A stretch of 64,000 bases of DNA from an uncultured Bacteroidota bacterium. GTDB taxonomy: Bacteria > CLD3 > SB21. The notes beneath the pieces were generated by a model that was not told the DNA's origin, did not search any database, and worked only from the letters and a program-made list of their open reading frames with translations. Below are positions 1-9,956 of this stretch, piece after piece; position 1 is the first letter of the stretch, and every line of letters begins with the position of its first letter. The stretch spans positions 268,573-332,572 of the forward strand of contig CAYPYN010000004.1 in NCBI GenBank assembly GCA_964415295.1, given 5' to 3'. The translations under genes and the position numbers were made by a program.

Positions 1-1
1 C

Positions 2-745
2 AAATCAAAATTTGACAATAAATACGGCTGCCGTGAGTCTTTGGTTGATGCCATCCGGCGCGCTACCGACCTGATGCTCGCAGGCAAAGTGGCTGTTGTT
101 GCGGGCTTTGGAGATGTCGGCAAAGGCTCCGCCGAATCGCTGAGCAGTGCTGGTGTACGCGTGATCGTGACGGAGATCGATCCTATCTGCGCTCTTCAGG
201 CCGCTATGGAGGGATATGAGGTCAAGAAAATGGACCATGCCGTTAAAGAAGCGGATATCGTCGTTACGGCGACAGGAAATATGAACATTGTCACCGACCG
301 GCATTTCAGAATGATGAAAGATAAGGCCGTCGTTTGCAATATCGGTCACTTTGACACCGAGATCGATATGGCCTGGATTAACAAACATTACGGAAAAACC
401 AAAGAAGAGATCAAACCGCAGGTGGACAAATATACTATCGACGGCAAGGATATTATTGTCCTGGCCGAAGGCCGTCTGGTCAATCTCGGTTGCGCCATGG
501 GTCATCCTTCATTCGTCATGTCCAATTCGTTCACCAATCAAACTCTGGCCCAGATCGAGTTGTGGAATCATTCCGACAGATATGAGAAGAAGGTTTATAC
601 ATTACCGAAACATCTCGATGAAAAAGTTGCCCGTCTGCATCTCGAAAAGATCGGAGCAGAACTGGATGTGCTTACGCCGGAACAGGCACAATACATCGGC
701 GTAACGGTCGAAGGACCTTACAAATCGGACATGTACCGTTACTAA
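2..745 (+). CDS. ahcY: Adenosylhomocysteinase, C-terminal part; the 5' end lies outside the window
   Basis: Frame-2 translation from position 2 gives [21 protein letters not shown]..., the NAD-binding GFGDVGKG motif and the conserved C-terminus ...SDMYRY. The listed ORF is 41..745, but no stop lies upstream in this frame. Confidence 0.9.
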   Translation, partial: KSKFDNKYGCRESLVDAIRRATDLMLAGKVAVVAGFGDVGKGSAESLSSAGVRVIVTEIDPICALQAAMEGYEVKKMDHAVKEADIVVTATGNMNIVTDRHFRMMKDKAVVCNIGHFDTEIDMAWINKHYGKTKEEIKPQVDKYTIDGKDIIVLAEGRLVNLGCAMGHPSFVMSNSFTNQTLAQIELWNHSDRYEKKVYTLPKHLDEKVARLHLEKIGAELDVLTPEQAQYIGVTVEGPYKSDMYRY

Positions 746-765
746 CCGTAATTTACGATTATGCG

Positions 766-801
766 AAAAAGCGATTTCGAGTAATCGGGATCGCTTTTTT
801 T
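766..801 (+). terminator. Rho-independent terminator downstream of ahcY
   Basis: Hairpin GCGAT(771-775)/ATCGC(790-794) preceded by an A run and followed by T7 (795-801). Confidence 0.5.
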
Positions 802-818
802 GTTAAAAACGCTATTCC

Positions 819-2636
819 ATGAAATCATTCTTAGACATACTCAAAGAAAAGATCATAGTATTTGATGGCGCGACCGGAACGAACCTGCAAACGCAGAACC
901 TGACCGCCGACGACTTTGGCGGAGAAGTCTATAACGGTTGCAATGAATACTTGCTGATATCGAAACCATCGGCTATGGAAAAAGTCCACGTCGAGTTCCT
1001 CAAAGCCGGCGCGGATGTAATCGAAACCAATACGTTCGGCTCTTCTTCGATCGTTCTGGCTGAATACGGTCTTCAGGACCGCGCCTATGAACTTAGTAAA
1101 TTAGGCGCAGAGCTTGCAAAGAAGTGCGCCCACGACTTCTCCACTCCGGACAAACCGCGGTTCGTCGCAGGATCTATCGGGCCGACAACCAAACTGCCGT
1201 CGCTGGGCCATATCGATTTTGAATCCATGCGAAAAAGTTTTTACGATCAATTGGCAGGTCTGTTGGACGGAGGCGCAGACATTTTTTGTATCGAAACCTG
1301 CCAGGATATCCTACAAACTAAAATTGCCTTATGCGCGGCTCAGGATCTTTTCAAGGACAGAAAGAGGAAAGTCCCGGTGATCGTATCTGTAACGGTTGAA
1401 ACGACCGGTACCATGCTGATGGGAACCGAGATCGGCGCGGCTTTGACGACGATTGAACCATTGGATATCGTGGACGTAATCGGGATGAATTGCGCTACCG
1501 GACCTAAGGAAATGTCTGAGAATATCCGTTATCTGTGCCACAATTCACCTTTGCCTGTATTTTGTATGCCCAATGCCGGAATACCTGAAAATATCGGCGG
1601 TAAGGCGCATTACCATTTGTCGCCGACGGAACTAACCCAATGGCTTGGTCATTTTGCCAAAGATTTTGGCGTCAATATTGTAGGCGGTTGCTGCGGTACA
1701 ACACCGGAACATATCAAAGCTCTTGCGGATCAGACCGGTTCGCTGAACCCCAGATCACGCGAATGGTCCTACGTCTCTTCCGTGTCATCGCTTTATAACT
1801 CCGTTCCCATGCACATCGACCCGGCTCCGATCATCATCGGCGAACGGACAAACGCCAACGGTTCTAAGAAATTCAAAGAACTTCTGATCGCCGAAGATTA
1901 TGACGCGATGGTCTCTATGGGGAAAGAACAGATTCGAGAAGGGGCTCATGTGCTCGATGTGTGTGTAGCTTATGTAGGCCGCAACGAGATCAAGGACATG
2001 GAAGAAGTTATCAAGAGGTTCAATACCCAGGTATCCATACCTATTATGATCGATTCCACGGAATACCCCGTGATGGAAAAGGCTTTGCAGATGCTTGGTA
2101 GCCGCGCTATCGTCAATTCTATCAACCTCGAGGATGGTGAGGAGCGCATATCAAAAGTACTACCCTTATGCAAACGTTACGGGGCGGCGGTGGTGGCCTT
2201 GACCATCGACGAAGACGGCATGGCCAAAACCCGCGAAAAAAAGTTTGAAATCGCTAAACGTATTCACGACCTTGCGATTAACAAATACGGTATGCGTGAA
2301 GAAGATCTGATATTCGATACGTTGACATTTACGCTGGGGTCGGGCGATGAGGAATTTAGAAAGGCCGGCGTGGAAACTATCGAGGCTATACGATTGATCA
2401 AGAAAGAATTCCCCAAGGTCAAAACGTTACTCGGAGTTAGCAATATATCCTTTGGCCTGACTCCCGAGGCACGAAACGTGATCAATTCGGTCTTTTTACA
2501 CTACGCGATAGAAGCCGGACTTGATATGGCCATCGTCAACGCCCAGAAGATCAAACCACTTTATAAGATCGACGAGAAAGAACGCGAACTGGCTAGACAA
2601 TTGATATTTGATGAGAGAAAGTACGAAGCCGCTTAA
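819..2636 (+). CDS. metH: Methionine synthase, N-terminal half only (homocysteine-binding and pterin-binding domains)
   Basis: 605 aa ending in a stop. Has an Hcy S-methyltransferase-like TIM barrel (GGCCGTTPEHI) followed by a pterin-binding barrel. No cobalamin-binding or activation domain follows; those are encoded at 56085-58205. Confidence 0.85.
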   Translation: MKSFLDILKEKIIVFDGATGTNLQTQNLTADDFGGEVYNGCNEYLLISKPSAMEKVHVEFLKAGADVIETNTFGSSSIVLAEYGLQDRAYELSKLGAELAKKCAHDFSTPDKPRFVAGSIGPTTKLPSLGHIDFESMRKSFYDQLAGLLDGGADIFCIETCQDILQTKIALCAAQDLFKDRKRKVPVIVSVTVETTGTMLMGTEIGAALTTIEPLDIVDVIGMNCATGPKEMSENIRYLCHNSPLPVFCMPNAGIPENIGGKAHYHLSPTELTQWLGHFAKDFGVNIVGGCCGTTPEHIKALADQTGSLNPRSREWSYVSSVSSLYNSVPMHIDPAPIIIGERTNANGSKKFKELLIAEDYDAMVSMGKEQIREGAHVLDVCVAYVGRNEIKDMEEVIKRFNTQVSIPIMIDSTEYPVMEKALQMLGSRAIVNSINLEDGEERISKVLPLCKRYGAAVVALTIDEDGMAKTREKKFEIAKRIHDLAINKYGMREEDLIFDTLTFTLGSGDEEFRKAGVETIEAIRLIKKEFPKVKTLLGVSNISFGLTPEARNVINSVFLHYAIEAGLDMAIVNAQKIKPLYKIDEKERELARQLIFDERKYEAA

Positions 2637-2644
2637 CAATGAAT

Positions 2645-2694
2645 AATGAGTAATGAATAAAAATGGAGCTTGTATTAATTATTAATTACTCATT
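2645..2694. terminator. Long inverted repeat at the convergent metH-N / substrate-binding-protein junction (bidirectional terminator candidate)
   Basis: AATGAGTAAT (2645-2654) is the reverse complement of ATTACTCATT (2685-2694), with a central AT palindrome. The 3' arm overlaps the stop of the minus-strand gene. Confidence 0.4.
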
Positions 2695-4338
2695 ATGTAT
2701 TGTCCATTCCCAGAACTTGTCTATCTCCCCCAACATACTTGTTTTGGTGTTTTTGATTCTGTGATTGTAACCCACAATTTCATCCCTCCAAAACAAGAAC
2801 GTAGCCGGCTGATCTTCGTAGATGATCGCCTGAAACCTTTTCCAGGTCTGGGCCGCATCCTGAGGATTGATAAAACTCTTCCCCTTTTCGATCAGCTTAT
2901 CGACCTCAGCGTTCTGATATGAAACATCATTGTAAAGGTTCTTTTTCAGATCCGAATTCCACTCGCTTGTAGGATCGATCTGCAATGTTACTCCAATCCC
3001 GGAAATGAAAGCATCATAGTTCTTTTTAAGCTCATTATCGTAAAACACGTTGGTCTCAACGCTTTGAACGCGCACTTTGATGCCAATGTTCTCAAGATTT
3101 CTTTGAATAATCAGGGCGGCAAATTCTCGCCGGTCGTTGCCGGCATCGTAATAGAGATCAAATTCGAATTTCCGTCCGTTTCGGTCGATGACGCCGTCTC
3201 CGTCGTGATCTGTCCAGCCTTCCTTCTGAAGCAGCGACAGGGCTAATTTAGGATCGTATGGGAGCGGTCTCAATGAATCATTATAAGCCCATCTGAATAC
3301 GGGAGAAACGGGCGAGACAGCCTGTCGGCCGTATTCACCCAGAAAGCCGTCCACGATCTCCTGCCGGTTTATGGCCATGGTCAGCGCTTTCCGAACGTTC
3401 CTATTCCCAAACAACGGATGGGGAACGATCTTTTCTCCGCTACTCTCATGATAGATTTTCTGGTCGATATTCTGCCATCCGATGTAATCATAATAACGTG
3501 ATCTCATCAGTTCGATCCTGATGGACGGGTTGGCCTTCCTGATCTGTGCCACGTCCTGCGGGTTAATCGGATACATGACATCCACCTCACCGGTCATGAG
3601 TGCCGTAAGACGTGTGGTGTATTCCGGTATAACGCGAAATACGATCTGTCCGACACTACCCGGATGCGGGACCTTACATTCATCCCTCGATTTGTAAACG
3701 ATCTGTTCCTGCTTTTTCCAGGACGCCAATCGGTATGGACCTGCAGATACGGGAGATTGATTGAACGCGTGAGTCCTTATCTCCGCAGGCTTCACATCCT
3801 TCAGCAGATGATAGGGCAAAAAACCCGGCTGAAGATTGGTATCGTATATCTGAAGCGGATTTGCTTTTCTAAAATGGAAAACGATCGTAGAATCGTTGAT
3901 AACCTTGATCGCACGGTCAAGGTTTCCCTTTTCGTCAAGGTCAAGCATTTGCAGCTGATCTTTTTTAGAACTCGCTACGTCAGGATTATTGATGAGTTCA
4001 AAAGTAAACTTGATATCCCGGGCGGTAACCCTCTCTCCGTCCTCCCAGAAAACATCCGATCTCAAAAAGTACGTCAGGGATTTATGATCCTGAGAAAACT
4101 CGTAGCGTTTGGCAAGCAATGGCTTATAGAAAATGGCGCCGGACACGGTATCAAACTCCGATTCAAGCAGTCTGGGGTAGATGCCCGTACAGAGTATCCT
4201 TCCAAATGCCGAAACATGAGTGACCGGATTGATCTGATCCGGGTCGGCTTTGACCGCAACAACCACGGTAGATCGATCATGTTTTGTAGAACACGAAACA
4301 ATAAGTAGGCATACAAACAGTATGGAAAAACGACTCAT
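2686..4338 (-). CDS. ABC transporter substrate-binding lipoprotein, family 5 (peptide/nickel type)
   Basis: 550 aa, lipoprotein signal (LLIVSC), and a length and sequence pattern typical of OppA/DppA-family binding proteins. Confidence 0.75.
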   Translation of the reverse strand: MSRFSILFVCLLIVSCSTKHDRSTVVVAVKADPDQINPVTHVSAFGRILCTGIYPRLLESEFDTVSGAIFYKPLLAKRYEFSQDHKSLTYFLRSDVFWEDGERVTARDIKFTFELINNPDVASSKKDQLQMLDLDEKGNLDRAIKVINDSTIVFHFRKANPLQIYDTNLQPGFLPYHLLKDVKPAEIRTHAFNQSPVSAGPYRLASWKKQEQIVYKSRDECKVPHPGSVGQIVFRVIPEYTTRLTALMTGEVDVMYPINPQDVAQIRKANPSIRIELMRSRYYDYIGWQNIDQKIYHESSGEKIVPHPLFGNRNVRKALTMAINRQEIVDGFLGEYGRQAVSPVSPVFRWAYNDSLRPLPYDPKLALSLLQKEGWTDHDGDGVIDRNGRKFEFDLYYDAGNDRREFAALIIQRNLENIGIKVRVQSVETNVFYDNELKKNYDAFISGIGVTLQIDPTSEWNSDLKKNLYNDVSYQNAEVDKLIEKGKSFINPQDAAQTWKRFQAIIYEDQPATFLFWRDEIVGYNHRIKNTKTSMLGEIDKFWEWTIHNE

Positions 4339-4394
4339 ATACTCCTCTTCGTAAAGTATAATCGGTTTCGATCGGTATGATGTGTGTCATCCGT

Positions 4395-4431
4395 TAACAA
4401 ACAAAAAGCCTGCCTTAAATGAAGGCAGGCT
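4395..4431 (-). terminator. Rho-independent terminator of the ferredoxin-NADP reductase gene
   Basis: Stem AGCCTGCCTT/AAGGCAGGCT (4408-4431). On the minus strand it is followed by TTTTTGTTTGTT. Confidence 0.5.
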
Positions 4432-4464
4432 TAATTAAATACAAATCACAAACAAAAACGATAC

Positions 4465-5904
4465 TTATTTTTTCCCAACGGCTTTTAACATGTCATCAAC
4501 TTTGGTAAATTTCAACCGTGGACGGCCAATCGCCTGTCCGTTTTTCAATTCCATTTGGTCCAATTTCTGCCATTCGGCATACGTCACAAAAGGTACCTTC
4601 TTGTCATTAAGCATCTTTTCAAGGTTTTCACGTTTCGGAGTATTTGGATTGAACATTTTGTTCTGTTTGAAATCTTCCAGCATCATGTTGACGGTAGCCA
4701 CCGAATCGGGTTTGTTGGTTCCGATCACGCCGGACGGACCGCGTTTGATCCAGCCAACAACATACTCGCCTTCCACGATCCTGTCGGCTTTCGGATCGTG
4801 AACTCTGCCATCCTTATTCGGAATTACGCCCCAACTGTCATTGAACGGCACTCCGGGAAGCGCCAGGCCTTTGTAGCCGATAGAACGGAAGATCAATCCG
4901 GCTTTGATGTTCTCAAACTTGTCCGTCGCTTTCGGGCGGAGCGAACCGTCTTTATTCTGGAACAATTCATTCTTCACGATCTTTACGGCTTCCACACGAC
5001 CGTTACCTGTGATCTCTACAGGTGACACGAGGAAACGCATGTACAATTTCTTTTTACGGCCTTTTGGAGTCTGTTTTGCATAGCCGGTCAGGATGTCCAC
5101 GTTGTTCTGAATGGTACTGTCCGGATTGGCTTCCAGAGCGGCTTTACTCAAAGGATCCAAAGTAACTTCGTTAATATCGGCGATCACATCGGTCTCCTCC
5201 AATTCGCCTAATTCTTTGACTTCAGGATTAGTAAAGGCCGCCTGAGCCGGACCGCGACGTCCAAGCAGATATATATTCTTTACATTGCTGTTTTTCAGGG
5301 CCTCAACCGCATAATCGGCCATATCGGTCTTGACGAGTTCTTCATGGCTGCTCGCCAGTATGCGCGCCACATCCATGGCCACGTTCCCGACGCCTACCAC
5401 GATCGCACTTTCCTGCGAAAGATCGAATTTGTAATCGCGATAATCGGGATGACCATTGTACCAGGCTACGAATTCCGTAGCCGGATGGCTTCCGGAAAGG
5501 TCTTCGCCGGGAATCTCCATACGTTTGTCCGTCTGCGCGCCAACGGCATAGATCACCTGATGGTAATACTTAGATATTTCTTCATGAGTAATATCCTTGC
5601 CAAATTCCACATGGCCGTAAAATCGAAAGTTCGGATCGGCGGCTATCTTGTCATACACTTTGGTAACCGATTTGATCTTGGCATGATCCGGCGCAACGCC
5701 CCCGCGAACAAGTCCGAAAGGCGTAGGCAGACGGTCAAACATATCAATGTGAACGACGAGATCCTTTTGTTTCTGCAGGTGATCGGCCGCATAAAAGCCC
5801 GACGGGCCCGATCCTATGATCGCTACTCTTAATGGATTTTCCGCGGTTCCTATTTGGGCGCTCATGTTTTTTCTTCCTTTGAAAGCCGGTCGAAACCCTG
5901 TCAA
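4465..5904 (-). CDS. FprA-type NADPH:ferredoxin (adrenodoxin-reductase-like) oxidoreductase
   Basis: N-terminal dinucleotide fold VAIIGSGPSGFYAA, a second NADP fold, and about 460 aa of similarity to FprA / glutamate-synthase small-chain-like flavoproteins. The start could alternatively be the internal Met at 5865. Confidence 0.7.
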   Translation of the reverse strand: MTGFRPAFKGRKNMSAQIGTAENPLRVAIIGSGPSGFYAADHLQKQKDLVVHIDMFDRLPTPFGLVRGGVAPDHAKIKSVTKVYDKIAADPNFRFYGHVEFGKDITHEEISKYYHQVIYAVGAQTDKRMEIPGEDLSGSHPATEFVAWYNGHPDYRDYKFDLSQESAIVVGVGNVAMDVARILASSHEELVKTDMADYAVEALKNSNVKNIYLLGRRGPAQAAFTNPEVKELGELEETDVIADINEVTLDPLSKAALEANPDSTIQNNVDILTGYAKQTPKGRKKKLYMRFLVSPVEITGNGRVEAVKIVKNELFQNKDGSLRPKATDKFENIKAGLIFRSIGYKGLALPGVPFNDSWGVIPNKDGRVHDPKADRIVEGEYVVGWIKRGPSGVIGTNKPDSVATVNMMLEDFKQNKMFNPNTPKRENLEKMLNDKKVPFVTYAEWQKLDQMELKNGQAIGRPRLKFTKVDDMLKAVGKK

Positions 5905-6030
5905 GACGTTTACTAACTATTGGATTTCTATAAACTTTCGCATTTGGTGACCTGATCTTGACGCCGCCAATTTAGCTTTAACCAGCATATAAAACAATGA
6001 CTTCCATCATGTTTTACAACTTTATGCATA

Positions 6031-6063
6031 AAAAAAGGCAGAGCCGTGGCCCTGCCTTTTTTT
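6031..6063. terminator. Bidirectional hairpin terminator (downstream of the thiolase gene)
   Basis: A6-GGCAG...CTGCC-T7 symmetric structure. Confidence 0.45.
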
Positions 6064-6083
6064 GACATAAGACACAAAGGCCG

Positions 6084-7259
6084 TTACATCTTTTCGACAA
6101 TGAGCGCGCTGGCTTCACCGCCGCCGATGCACAGCGCGGCCAGGCCGTGCTTTTTATCGTACCGTTTCATCGCATAAAGCAGCGTAGTGAGTATGCGGGC
6201 ACCGCTGGCGCCGATAGGATGTCCCATCGCAATAGCGCCACCATGAACATTCATTTTTTCCGACGGGATCTTAAGATCATTGGCTGCGGCCAAGCTGACG
6301 ACCGCAAACGCTTCGTTGATCTCAAACAGATCAATCGATTCAACCGTCATATTTGCTTTTTTCAAAACTTTACTGATAGCATCGATGGGCGCAGTGGTGA
6401 ACCACTCCGGTTTACGTGCCGCCGAGGCCTGAGCCACGATCTTAGCCAGGGGTTTCAGCTTTAACTGATCGGCCTTCTCTTTGGACATCACAACTACGGC
6501 GGCAGCACCGTCGTTGATCTTGGACGCGTTGGCCGCAGTAATTGTTCCATCTTTCTGGAAAGCAGGTTTCAAAGTCAGCATCTTTTCAAAATTGGCCTTT
6601 CCGGGTTCTTCATCTTCCGTTATGACCATATCTCCTTTTTTGCCTTTGATGGTCACACCGGCTATCTCGTCCTTGAAATAGCCCTCTTTTTGGGCTTTGA
6701 TGGCACGCTCATAACTGCTTTTTGCAAAGGCATCCTGGGCTTCGCGCGGAATGTGGCATTCTTTGGCGCACAGCTCGCCCGCATTACCCATGTGATAATC
6801 ATTGTATACGTCCCACAGGCCGTCCTTGATCATGCTGTCGAGCACCTGGCCATGCCCCATCCGGTAGCCGTTTCTTGCTTTTTCCAGAAGATAAGGCGTA
6901 TTGGACATACTCTCCATGCCACCGGCAACGATCACATCGGCATCGCCGCACATGATGGCCTGAGCAGCCAGCATGACCGATTTCAAACCCGAACCGCAAA
7001 CTTTGTTGATAGTCATGCAGGTAACGGACTCTGGCAAACCCGCATATATAGAGGCTTGACGGGCAGGCGCCTGGCCTTCTCCGGCGGTCAGAACATTTCC
7101 CATGATCACTTCATCGATCACGCTTTTTTCAATACCGGCCTTTTTGATCGCTTCTTCGATAACTATCGCACCCAAACGCGTGGCGCCGATTTCGCTCAAA
7201 GTACCCTGAAAGGACCCGATCGGGGTCCGTGCGGCTGAAACAATCACTACCTCTTTCAT
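6084..7259 (-). CDS. Acetyl-CoA C-acetyltransferase (thiolase II)
   Basis: MKEVVIVSAARTPIGSFQG N-terminus, the active-site Cys region NKVCGSG, and the C-terminal CIGGGEASALIVE motif. Confidence 0.9.
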   Translation of the reverse strand: MKEVVIVSAARTPIGSFQGTLSEIGATRLGAIVIEEAIKKAGIEKSVIDEVIMGNVLTAGEGQAPARQASIYAGLPESVTCMTINKVCGSGLKSVMLAAQAIMCGDADVIVAGGMESMSNTPYLLEKARNGYRMGHGQVLDSMIKDGLWDVYNDYHMGNAGELCAKECHIPREAQDAFAKSSYERAIKAQKEGYFKDEIAGVTIKGKKGDMVITEDEEPGKANFEKMLTLKPAFQKDGTITAANASKINDGAAAVVVMSKEKADQLKLKPLAKIVAQASAARKPEWFTTAPIDAISKVLKKANMTVESIDLFEINEAFAVVSLAAANDLKIPSEKMNVHGGAIAMGHPIGASGARILTTLLYAMKRYDKKHGLAALCIGGGEASALIVEKM

Positions 7260-7294
7260 TTCAATTCCCTTAACTTAAAGTGTTAATCAGTTCT

Positions 7295-8326
7295 TTAGTC
7301 AACGCTGCGTTTCAGCGAAAGATTCTTTCCATTTGCAACGGACTGTGTATCGTCATAAGTATCATAAGCTTCAATGATTTCCCGAACCAGCCGATGTCGA
7401 ACAACATCCTTTTTGTCAAAGAAAACAAACGCGATGCCGTCAATGCCCATCAAGATCTCCTCTACCTCGCGAAGGCCCGAAGTCATATTACGTGGAAGAT
7501 CGCTCTGGGTGATATCACCGGTGATGATCGCTTTGGCGTTGGCGCCAAGACGGGTCAGGAACATCTTCATCTGCGTAGGGGTCGTGTTCTGCGCTTCGTC
7601 AAGAATCACGTAGGCGTTATTGAGCGTTCTTCCGCGCATATAGGCCAACGGTACGATCTCGATGATTCCTTGCTCCATATACGTCTTCAGCTTACTACTC
7701 GGGATCATATCGTGCAACGCATCGTATAAGGGCCGCAAATACGGATCGATCTTGTCGCGCAGATCGCCCGGAAGAAACCCAAGGCTCTCTCCCGTCTCCA
7801 CAGCCGGGCGTGAGATGACGATACGTTCGATCTCTTTGTTCTTGAGAGCGGCCAACGCAATTGCAACGGCCAGGTAGGTTTTGCCCGTCCCTGCCGGTCC
7901 AATGGCAAAAACGATATCGTTTTGTCGGGCCTGTTTGACGTACTCCGCCTGACCCTCCGATTTGATCTCAATGTAATCACGCGGTGTGAAAAGGACAACG
8001 GAGTTGAGGTTCTTGTGGGGATGCAGAACTTCTTTTTTCTTTTCCGTAATCTCTTCGTCAGAGCCCAACTTCACGAGCCGAACCACGGTCTCAATATCCA
8101 CGGAATCCAATTGATGCTTCTTGTGGCACAAGAAGGTGAGTTCAGTAAGAACTTCTTCTATTTGATCCACTTCACCCGAATCGCCCTTCAGATGGATCGT
8201 GTCACCGCGCACAATGATCTTAGCATCAAAACTCTTTTGTAAAAGCCTTAGATGGGAGTCATTGGGGCCTAATAGCAGTACCGGATTAACGCCTTGTATC
8301 TTTATCTTCTTGTCACCGTTTGGCAA
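7295..8326 (-). CDS. phoH: PhoH-like ATPase
   Basis: Walker A GPAGTGKTYLAVA and a conserved PhoH core. Confidence 0.85.
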   Translation of the reverse strand: MPNGDKKIKIQGVNPVLLLGPNDSHLRLLQKSFDAKIIVRGDTIHLKGDSGEVDQIEEVLTELTFLCHKKHQLDSVDIETVVRLVKLGSDEEITEKKKEVLHPHKNLNSVVLFTPRDYIEIKSEGQAEYVKQARQNDIVFAIGPAGTGKTYLAVAIALAALKNKEIERIVISRPAVETGESLGFLPGDLRDKIDPYLRPLYDALHDMIPSSKLKTYMEQGIIEIVPLAYMRGRTLNNAYVILDEAQNTTPTQMKMFLTRLGANAKAIITGDITQSDLPRNMTSGLREVEEILMGIDGIAFVFFDKKDVVRHRLVREIIEAYDTYDDTQSVANGKNLSLKRSVD

Positions 8327-8340
8327 TAATCATATCTCCC

Positions 8341-8384
8341 GAAAAAAAAACTCTCGAATACAGACGTATTCGAGAGTTTTGAGT
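8341..8384 (-). terminator. Rho-independent terminator of the LysM gene
   Basis: Stem ACTCTCGAATAC/GTATTCGAGAGT flanked by A9 on the plus strand, which is T9 after the hairpin on the minus strand. Confidence 0.55.
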
Positions 8385-8440
8385 ATTTAATCAACTTTAA
8401 CTGACTCTATCACGCTCATCGTGATATCCGGACCGTTTAA

Positions 8441-9286
8441 TTATTTCGGAATAATCAATATCGTATGCGGATAGATCAAATTAGAATCTTCTCCAAGAAT
8501 GCTCTTGTTGGCATTATAAATCTTAACCCAGTCTGCCGGTGAGCCATAAACATTTTGGGAAATCGACTTCAGATTATCCCCGCGTTGTACCCAGTACTCG
8601 TTAGCTTCCTGAGCACGCGGAATGACAAATGTTTGGGCCGGATAGATCAAATCCGGGTTCCTGATCTGGTCGCGGTTAGCCGAATAGATCTTCATCCACT
8701 GGAAAGGATCGGCATATACGTCTTTTTTGCCGGAAATCCTCCACAGATAATCTCCAACCACAACCGAATAGCTGTCGTGACGCGGCTTGGGAGGCGTATA
8801 ATTCTTGCCTCGGGAGATCAATTGATCGCATCGGTTCGACAGATCGTTGACTTTGTTGTAAATCTCGGTCAGTGCATAACGGCGGTCCTTCTTGAGAGCT
8901 TCCACTTCGGCCTTTAAAGCTTCCAACTCAGCCACTTTCTTGCTCAGGGCTTCGTCGCTCAATTTGGCTTGCTCATTAATGCGGCCTTCCAGATCCGTGC
9001 ATTGTTTCTTCATCGCTTCCACACCGGCTTTATCGGTACCAACCGCCGCATAGATCTCATTCCACAGAGCTTCGGTTTCGGCATCAACTTTGGCGCCTTC
9101 ATCCTTGACACCGGTAATGGATTTATTCAAGCTGTCAATCGTCTTCTGCAAGCCGGTCTGCTGCTGATTCAGCGCATTGACACTGTTCGTCCAGTCTTCC
9201 TTCTTCATTTTTTCTTCCTGGGCACGAAGGGAAGTACCTGCCATAACGAAGGCCAGACCTAATATCAAAATCTTTGCTAACTTCAT
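8441..9286 (-). CDS. Secreted coiled-coil protein with two C-terminal LysM peptidoglycan-binding domains
   Basis: Signal peptide, heptad-rich central region, and two LysM-like repeats (YSVVVGDYLWRIS... and YWVQRGDNLKSIS...). Confidence 0.7.
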   Translation of the reverse strand: MKLAKILILGLAFVMAGTSLRAQEEKMKKEDWTNSVNALNQQQTGLQKTIDSLNKSITGVKDEGAKVDAETEALWNEIYAAVGTDKAGVEAMKKQCTDLEGRINEQAKLSDEALSKKVAELEALKAEVEALKKDRRYALTEIYNKVNDLSNRCDQLISRGKNYTPPKPRHDSYSVVVGDYLWRISGKKDVYADPFQWMKIYSANRDQIRNPDLIYPAQTFVIPRAQEANEYWVQRGDNLKSISQNVYGSPADWVKIYNANKSILGEDSNLIYPHTILIIPK

Positions 9287-9334
9287 TTGTTTGTTCTCCT
9301 ATATTCAGTAACTATACTATTCGTAATGGCCGGT

Positions 9335-9607
9335 TTATTTGTTCGCTTTTTCAATCGCTTCAAGGCGCTTCAGCACTTCTTCTTTTTCCTTCTTGGCCTG
9401 ATCTAATTTTTGCTTCTTCTGTTGAACTTCCTGCTCGGCTTTCTTCTTTTCATTAGTTAGTTCAACCACTTTGTTCTCCATAGACTTTACCGTGGCTTTC
9501 TTTTCATCCAACTGCTGGACTTCTTCTTTGGTCGCATAGCTTGTACAGCTCGAAATCAGAACCATCACAAACGTTACCAAAAGCGCATTAGATTTTAAAC
9601 TATTCAT
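9335..9607 (-). CDS. Small coiled-coil lipoprotein (Lpp-like), C-terminal Lys
   Basis: 90 aa, lipobox LISSC, a KE-rich heptad repeat, and the sequence ends ...EKANK. Confidence 0.5.
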   Translation of the reverse strand: MNSLKSNALLVTFVMVLISSCTSYATKEEVQQLDEKKATVKSMENKVVELTNEKKKAEQEVQQKKQKLDQAKKEKEEVLKRLEAIEKANK

Positions 9608-9743
9608 GTGACCTCCTTACCGTGTAACTACAGTTATTATAAATTATTTTTCTGCGTATACAAACTTGAAATAATACAACTATTTACTTACTCCCGTTAA
9701 GATAACTAATAAAAAATATAATGTCAATAAAAATAATGCGGGA

Positions 9744-9944
9744 TCAGCGGTACTTAATGTTGATTATATTCACTGTATTGCAGGCTTTACACTCGTATTT
9801 GGGATACTGTTCCTTATAGCGTATCTGCCCTATCTGTCTCTTCCCGCAGTTTCGGCACCAAAAAGCGACAATGATCCTCTTCCTCCAGACAGACAAAAGA
9901 GACCTGAGAATGAGTACTCGAAAGGCAGTGATTGGCTCCATCAT
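9744..9944 (-). CDS. Possible small zinc-ribbon protein (CxxC...CxxC)
   Basis: 66-aa ORF with CRNCGK and CKAC pairs, downstream and co-directional with the M1 peptidase. There is no other support. Confidence 0.25.
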   Translation of the reverse strand: MMEPITAFRVLILRSLLSVWRKRIIVAFWCRNCGKRQIGQIRYKEQYPKYECKACNTVNIINIKYR

Positions 9945-9956
9945 TCACCCACTTGT

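Noticed and set aside
5-505. 166-aa minus-strand ORF at the window start
   Set aside because: It is antisense to ahcY.
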